Assembly: GCA_012295275.1 (NCBI GenBank)
Contig: CM022665.1
Coordinates: 35,216,001-35,280,000, forward strand
Direction: 5' to 3'
Length of the DNA: 64,000 nt
DNA from: Chrysomallon squamiferum
Lineage: Eukaryota > Animalia > Mollusca
Shown: piece after piece, positions 57,201 through 64,000 of the stretch
Position numbering within the stretch: the stretch's first letter is position 1
Layout of the letters: every line of letters begins with the position of its first letter
Made by a program: the position numbers and the translations under genes
Notes under the pieces: model-generated
The model's database searches: none
The model's input: only the letters and a program-made list of their open reading frames with translations
What the model was told of the DNA's origin: nothing

Positions 57201-58179
57201 AATTTCTATCGAAGGTATAATATATGTCTACTTGCATGAAAAAGAGTCTTTGTTGGAAATATATAAATACACGACAATGAAGTGGTGGAAACAAGTTTCT
57301 TTTCATTAAATGAAAGGCAATAAATAAATGTATTGGATTTCATTATTATACAAAAACCTTATTTCTGACATCTAATAATCTTTATGTTGAGAAATCATTA
57401 AAACTGATATTCATAGATTTATTCACTGTAGCACTTCTTTTCTTGGATATATATAATTTTCAATCTAATTTCTGAAATAAAAAATCTCATGCAATTTTTG
57501 ACTGTATTTTTTTTTAATATCTTACTGTGTACTGGTTTGAAGGTCAACAGCCATTATTTTAACAGCATAGTCATTTTTGTTAAAACTGGAACCTCCTTCT
57601 TTTGGAATACACATCTGAAACATTTTAAAACTTTTTAAAAATATATTATATAAAACAAAAGAAAAAAGAAAAGAAGAATGTTAACCATAATCTACAAATG
57701 TTCTCCACAGCAGAATAATATCAAACATTTTATGTACTTTAAATCTGTAAACCTTTATATACTGAATATTAGACTAACAGATAATACATCACAGCAGCAT
57801 GCACATTCATTCATTGTGTTAATTGATGCTGCTTTAAAAATAATAAATACTAAAGAATACTTCTAACATTAAATTATCTTTATATAATTTATTAATGTTT
57901 ATTAATAACATCTTTCTGGTTTTTCATTTTAAATTTTTTTTTTTTTAAAAGGTTTAGTTCAACTACTACCATTGGTTTTGGTCCTTCAATTTCACAGAAT
58001 TCAGCCACCATGATGAAGTCTTCTTCCAATCCTGGTTCACTGCTTGAATCCCATGGGTGGACTGGCTCAAACTTTGGAAGAAGATAATCAGGAATAAAGC
58101 CATTTTCTTTGCTGTTACCACCATTGTGAGGTCTTTTTTCAATGTATGGAGCAAAAGTGGCATAATCTGCACCAAACAT
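43131..58179 (-). CDS. SMCR8: SMCR8 homolog (DENN-domain subunit of the C9orf72-SMCR8-WDR41 complex), more than 20 coding exons
   Basis: Exon peptides EEDFIMVAEFCEIEGPKPM (58179-57970), YAVKIMAVDLQ, VHHFVLFDTEARGFVRSFCIAYIT (~56375-56293), MKYGNRLVFIKDLE, KKKFDNTLRSIHEMC, a long Ser-rich exon (~48727-48022), IVFSLLTGRTVFVVG..VKALSIFLP, KYVSVFDMEKQIVTAPRYQG, DSDVHIIEYLCEIVK, and TAA at 43133-43131. Confidence 0.88.
44191..44395. mobile_element. Mariner-type MITE with TA TSD
   Basis: TA|ctgggttgcaacaaaggtccgtagcattttt ... aaaaatgctacaaatgtttgctccaacccaa|TA, imperfect ~31-bp TIRs. Confidence 0.75.
49740..49935. repeat. Degenerate (TACTG)n pentanucleotide repeat
   Basis: tactg/tacta/tgcta 5-bp periodicity. 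Confidence 0.75.
50594..53570 (+). mobile_element. 5'-truncated, inactivated L1/Tx1-clade non-LTR retrotransposon (ORF2 reverse transcriptase), antisense in an SMCR8 intron
   Basis: KSPGLDGFTIEFFKFFW, NWRPTSLLN, RGCWQGDPLSPYLF, FADD, INIEKTK and IFSFIWK..GGL are spread over frameshifted ORFs. AATAAA at ~53532 is followed by an A-rich tail to ~53570. Confidence 0.92.
54249..54281. repeat. (AAT)n microsatellite
   Basis: About 11 AAT units. Confidence 0.9.
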
Positions 58180-60390
58180 TATTTTGTGTACATGCTGCAA
58201 GATTAACAAAATGAATTTCACTATGTGAAAATAGGAAATAAACTGTACCTATACAGTGTGTCCATGTATTCACCACCATGTCACAAGGAGAAAAACCCAC
58301 ACCACAATATGACTATTCAGTTACTATTCAACGAATTTTGTTGTTAAATACTCAAACTAGCCATAGCTGCTAAATTTTGGATGGCAGATCTTTATTACAT
58401 TTTATTTATGTGTTTATTTTCAAAATAAAATACAGTTTAATCTTTATTTTGCACATTTCTTTTAAGGTAATGATGATTAATCCACCATCATCAGAATCTC
58501 TCAAATATAAAAATAAAATCCGCCCTCCCATTTATTTATTTATTTTAGTTTTCTTCTTCTTTATATTATTATTACTTTTTTACGAGGTCTAATTATAGTC
58601 CAGAAGACGCCACCATTAAAAGTGCATGACTACTGTAAATATCTCTTGATACCGTTTAGACGTTTAATTTCGTCTTCTTTTTTTCTTGCTTTTTTTTTTT
58701 AAATTTTTCTTTTCTTAATTTCTTTTTTTTTTTTTTTTTTTTTTTAAATAATAAATTAAGTATTTCAAGAAAAAAATTCTGGTTAATAATATATTGAAAT
58801 AATGTCAGTTAATGGAAAAATACATCTGTTTAGGAAAAATAAAATAAAATATGTGACAACGAGGAAATAAACAAAATCAGTTACATATATCCAGAGCAAC
58901 GAGGAAATTTATGCGGTTTTACAGACTGCTATCTAATCTACCAAAGCCATTACTTTTATTCCGTGAGCTTTCCTCACATTTATTACGAACACCAGGTTCG
59001 AAATATTATAGTACCAAATCAGAATAATATTGATATATTGCTGATTCGGGAAATATGTTTATGATTTCATTCTATTAGAATATCGGTTATTACTCCAGTG
59101 ATGGAAATGGAAGTTCGAAGCGAGACGGTATTTCCACACTTTTTGGTTTCCTGTTCTTGCCAAGTTTCGAAACTAGTAGTAGTAGGCAACCAGAGATGTT
59201 TATCAGCTATCCTTTGTCGCGATTCTTACAAATTATACGCGCTACCCTTCCCAAACTTAGCGTATTACCCAGTTCCTAAAACACATCTCTGTCACTGATT
59301 TATTCATGTTATCAGTATTTGCAGTAAAATTATGCGTGTTTCCTACTTTTTTACTGTTTTGTTGAAAAACAGCAAAAAAGAAAACGCAAAAGATAAAAAA
59401 ATAACTATTCACGAATATATATGCATATTAGTCATATCATATTTATGATATTAACAATAACATTCAAAAAAAAAAAAAAAAAAAAAAATCTTAAAAACAA
59501 AAACAATTTTCTTGGCAGTATTATTTCAGCCGGTAAGTTAAACGGTTTTTTTTTTTTTTTTTTTTTGACGTCCGATAGGCCAAACTGATTAATTTGTTTT
59601 GGAATGTGGCGGTTAACATCTGGAAACCCAAATTTCGCTAAACACGTGGCTCCTTGAAAGGCGACTATCTTGAAAATGCTAACATCCATCGTCAGACAGT
59701 GGATAACATGGAACTCATACTTGAAAAATTACTTTTGGGAGACTGATGAGACTTCTAAGAACAATAACTTTTAAAATTAAAATGGGATAATCCAAACTAC
59801 GAACTGTCAAAAAAAATGAGTGAATAAATATTTAAAAAAATAAATTAAAAGAAAGATGTAATAATAATAAAAAATATTATATTATATTGACGTGATTAAG
59901 GTTGAATAGGTTGTGTAAAGATAGAAACAATGTACGAAGTAACGTCCAATTTTCAGCACATGAAAAATGATACATGTAACTAACTTTTCTGGTATTAAAC
60001 AGACCATTATTCTGTGTTAATAAAATCAGTATCTATGAATCTAATAGGTCAAGAAATAAAACGGTTAGTTTCATTGAATGAAAAAAAAAATAACTGGTCA
60101 TTCTCACTGCAAATGAGCATTCTTACAGGATGAAACTGGTATGAAGTCAGTAAAGTTATTCCAAACACACACACACAATATGTATTTATTCATTCATTCA
60201 TGCTTGCATTGTTTTGAAAGACAGAATTTATATGCGATGTAATTATACTAATTTTTTCTTTGCCACATAGCTTTTAACCTGCAAACAGCTGACTAGCTAC
60301 ATTCAATGCCATTGAAGAATGAAATTTTGATTCTCTGGACAACATATTAAAGTGACAACTTACATATAAATAAATGTATGGAGAAAAATC

Positions 60391-60438
<48 letters not shown>

Positions 60439-61497
60439 AAAATAATAAAAAATAATAAACGGTTTTCCTAAAAAAAAAATTCATAAATGGTCTGGTGGTT
60501 CTTTCTTTCTGCATACATTTTCTGATGTTTAATACCATTTCATTATTAAATTTCATTTTAGCACAAATTAAAACCCACAGAAAAATGATGACAAAGTGAT
60601 GTAATTTTGTGTTCCAAGTGATGTACATGTGTATAAACAGTGGGGAAAAATAAACCAAATTAAAATACATTTTAATCTTTTGCCTTTGTTTTTTTGGCAC
60701 AAGGTAAATTATATTTTCCCAGTGTTTTTATTTTGAATTATTATTTCATCTCTGTGTATAGCATAAACCAGAATTAGTTCATTTTGTATCATATGAAATA
60801 AAATTAGTTGTACCAGAATCATTAACATAAAATACTAAAAGGTGAAAATAGAATGAAAAAGAAGCAACACTGCAGGGATTAAACAGCATTTAGGAGTACT
60901 AAATTATGTAAATATTAACTTCTCTCATCAGAAACTTTATTCTATTGAAACATCTCCACTGGTTTTGACAAATAACATCTGGTACATCTGAAATTTTGTA
61001 AAGGATTTTAAATAAACCTAGTTAACTTGAATGTAAAAACATCCCAAGAAACCAGACAATTTTCCACTCAATATAATTCCATGTTTGCTGAACTAATTTT
61101 GATCTTGCCTAAGAATAAAAATAAAATTACTGTACACTTGTTTTATGGACGAGACTTTTATTTTTTAAATATAAATTTATCTTTCTTCACTGTTGGATGA
61201 TGTACTGGCAGTTTTTTTTATAAACCTTTATTTATTGCCTTTCATTTAATGACAACTTTCACTTGCATCAAAAGCAGTTTTGTGCCCTTTTTCTATTTTC
61301 TGGGTTGAATGAAGTAAAATGATGTACTTGCTGCAGTGAATAGGACCATTTTATCAAAACATGATCAACACCACACTGGCACTTTTATTATTATATAATG
61401 TGGTTATTAATAATTCATAAAAAGATAATTCTTGTAAGAAATTAAACATCTTTTTTCTTCATTTATTTTTCTTTTCAGTTTGTACAGGCAAATATGT

Positions 61498-63698
61498 TCA
61501 CGCAAAGCCGTAACTGTCAATGATCTTCTGGTAGTTTTCTGCTTTACCAGCTATGTTTTTCTTTGCTTGTTCACGAAGGCGCTGCAATTAAAAATAAAAA
61601 TGATGACTAAAATGACTGGTTGATCTTTATTAATGCTTCAGAAACTTGCTTATAAAGAACCATTAGCATTATCAAACAAATAAAGATAAAATGCTATAAT
61701 TGGGATATTTCTTTATATTTTATCAATCACATTATCTTGGGCAACAAATGAGAAATTGAAAGTATGTTTTTCATTTAAACAAAATTAAAAAACATGTTAT
61801 CTGTTGATTAATGTACAGATATGAAAGAAGTTCTGTCAAAATACTTCATACCAATAAATAATTATATAGTAATCCTTAGTTTTGTGGCTGGACAATAAAA
61901 ATCAGATTTTAAACACAAAAACTATATGCTGTCTCACCATGGTGCTCTTCTTTCTTTCATAGAACTTCTTTGAGTGTATTTTTCTCTTGGCTTCAAGAGT
62001 TGCAATCACACTTTGGTACTTCCAGCCAACTTCGTGTGAAAGACGATTCAGATTACAGAACTGAAAACCAGTACATGTTAAAATTAATTATCTACTTCAT
62101 GCTTTTGTATCAGTTAATTCAAGTCCGTAATAGAACTATCACTGATGACATGTCATCTCAGAGAGTATTGTTTTCATTCTGTAAATTTCAAAACTCTTAA
62201 ATTAAATCAGTGAAAAAATGACACCACAATACACCTTTTTCAAGCATTGTAAACACTAACTACTCACAAAAAAAAAAAAAAAAATCATAGCAATATTACA
62301 CCCAAGTAGAAATTAACCCAATCTTGTAGGATTAAGTGCCCACTTTAGAATATTCATAAAATTTGTTTGTTTTTTCAGTTTGCCTCAGATGGTAGTGCAT
62401 GTATTTTAGTTTCATCACTAATCAAAGCGCTGTGAAAAATCATCACTGGCAAACAACTATTGTTTTAGGAATTTTATTTCAAATGTCTAAAATACTGTCA
62501 CAAAGCATGCTTTAACAGGTACTTAATTACTGGAAATATATAGTCCAGAGCCTCATACTTGATAAAATTTTGACCAAATAGTTGAAATTAGTTTTTGAAT
62601 GAATAAACTTGTGCCATTTATGGTAATACATCTGTGCATTTTTAGCGTGTGATGCTTTACATATATCGGATTAAATATACCGAGTTGCTCAAAGGCATAC
62701 TGTTGAATTATGGAAAGTACATTTGATCAGATAGAGCTGATAATCTGAGAAGGCTTTTGAACCGGTTTCTGAACATCACTTGTATTCCTGTATTATAAAT
62801 TCTTTTAATTAAAACCTGAGCTAAAAACAGTATATTAACACATATTTTCGCACTGACCCCAATAAAAACATTCTGCATAAATGAAAGACAAAATATATTT
62901 TTTCAACCTGAATACAGTAAATACATGGTCAAGTTATTTTGCCTCAGATGGTAGTGCATGTTTTAGTTTCATTAACATCAAAGCGCTGTGAAAAAATCAT
63001 CACTGGCAGAAGAAAATGAAAACATCAGAATAATTCATTTTTTAGCATGTTAAATCATTATCAAAATAGCCATAAAAAAAGAAAGAAAGAAAGAAACCAT
63101 TGTAATGTGTTCACATTTTTCAAATGGGTTAGGATTGATTTCAAAAGACTTTTTAGTTAACTGTCACATACCTGAGTAATGAATGCATTAGAAAAAGTAT
63201 CAGTTTAACACATTTAACAGCTATATGAATGTATATCAATATTAACAAGCACTTTCTACATGAGGTAGAAAACATGCTGCTACTACATTATTAGTTTTCA
63301 ACTAATAACAGGGAACATTCAGGACAATTCTAGAAAGCAGCCTGCTGATAAAAAGCTCAGTTATAACAACAATATAAAGTACCAAATCATTTTGATTGAA
63401 GTAGGACTGAAAACTTTTGATTGCCTCAGATGGTAGTGCATGTTTTTTAGTTTCATTAACTTCAAAGCGCTGTGAGAAATCATCATTGACAAATCAAAAA
63501 TTAACATTGAAAATTTTACATTTTGTTTATATTAAAAATAAAAGCTACATACTTTCCTTGAGGGATTCAACCTCAGAACTTTCAGAGCTGCTGGTACAAC
63601 CATTCGACGCTTTTTGTCGTAAGGTGGAGGGATGCCTTCAAACACCTTCAGTCTATCAAGAGCTTCCTTACCACGAGCCAATTTATGTGGCAACATAC
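61498..63698 (-). CDS. RPL13A: 60S ribosomal protein L13a (uL13), last three coding exons; 5' part lies beyond the window end
   Basis: 63698-63553 ([44 protein letters not shown]), 62060-61938 ([21 protein letters not shown]), 61581-61498 (…[14 protein letters not shown]). Confidence 0.97.
62378..62454 (-). ncRNA. SNORD33: C/D box snoRNA, SNORD33(U33)-like, copy A
   Basis: Minus strand: box C GTGATGA, D' TTGA, C' GTGATGA, guide CATGCACTACCAT + box D CTGA, terminal stem. The 3' end matches recalled human U33 CATGCACTACCATCTGAGGC, and the host gene is the same. Confidence 0.9.
62940..63008 (-). ncRNA. SNORD33: C/D box snoRNA, SNORD33(U33)-like, copy B
   Basis: Same C, D' and D boxes and both guide elements as copy A; TGCC/GGCA terminal stem. 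Confidence 0.9.
63415..63499 (-). ncRNA. SNORD33: C/D box snoRNA, SNORD33(U33)-like, copy C
   Basis: Box C ATGATGA, both guides, box D CTGA, extended terminal stem. Confidence 0.9.
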
Positions 63699-63790
63699 CT
63701 TTCATATTAATAAAAAAATAATTATTCACCAGCAAACAATTTTTTCAGACTACAATTTTTTGTCTTCAAGTTACATTAAATGAAAACAGA

Positions 63791-63857
63791 ATCCATCAGA
63801 AAATTGAATAGAATCATATACATTTCATTGTAGGTAAGGATTATTCATCATGTAGAT
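63791..63857 (-). ncRNA. C/D box snoRNA related to SNORD34(U34)
   Basis: Minus strand: ATCTAC-ATGATGA (box C)...CCTTACCTACA-ATGA (guide + D')...CTGA-TGGAT (box D + stem). The guide is complementary to conserved 28S UGUAGGUAAGG, the region targeted by U34, which RPL13A hosts in human. Confidence 0.7.
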
Positions 63858-64000
63858 ACCTGTTTTCAAACAATTCATTATGTGTAAATAGAACTGTGTG
63901 TATTGTGTATATGCCCATCTCAATTATGTGCAGATAAGAATACTGCTCCATGAACCAGATGTTTGCTTACCAATAAAACCAACTAAGCATATTAAATGTA

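Noticed and set aside
58958-58980. GAGGAAAGCTCACGG on the minus strand, resembling RNase MRP/P P4
   Set aside because: The core is mismatched and there is no partner CR-V sequence
59743-59762. CTGATGAG hammerhead-like core
   Set aside because: No stem II plus GAAA or cleavage-site helix follows
62143-62162. Palindrome GATGACATGTCATC in the RPL13A intron
   Set aside because: No canonical box C and no convincing guide; may be chance

Overview
AT-rich, intron-rich animal genomic DNA (invertebrate bilaterian, probably lophotrochozoan/mollusc; this is inferred, not shown). It holds five conserved multi-exon genes: DHX33 (-, 3' end runs off the window), AMBRA1 (+), TSG101 (+), SMCR8 (-) and the 3' half of RPL13A (-). 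Introns carry a decayed Sola1-type transposon, a young non-autonomous Sola2-type element with ~620-bp TIRs plus a truncated second copy, a 5'-truncated L1/Tx1 LINE and a mariner-type MITE. The most notable observations are three. (i) One RPL13A intron holds three tandem C/D snoRNAs that each join a SNORD33-type 18S guide to a SNORD48-type 28S guide, with AG|GT splice signals between them. (ii) DHX33 exon 2 has a frame break at an in-frame A_AAA_AAC-UAA site that a -1 slip would repair (programmed frameshift, or more likely a homopolymer error). (iii) The Sola2 element appears to have captured ~415 bp of TSG101 intron DNA. All calls were made by eye, with no database search, and exon coordinates may be off by a few nt.
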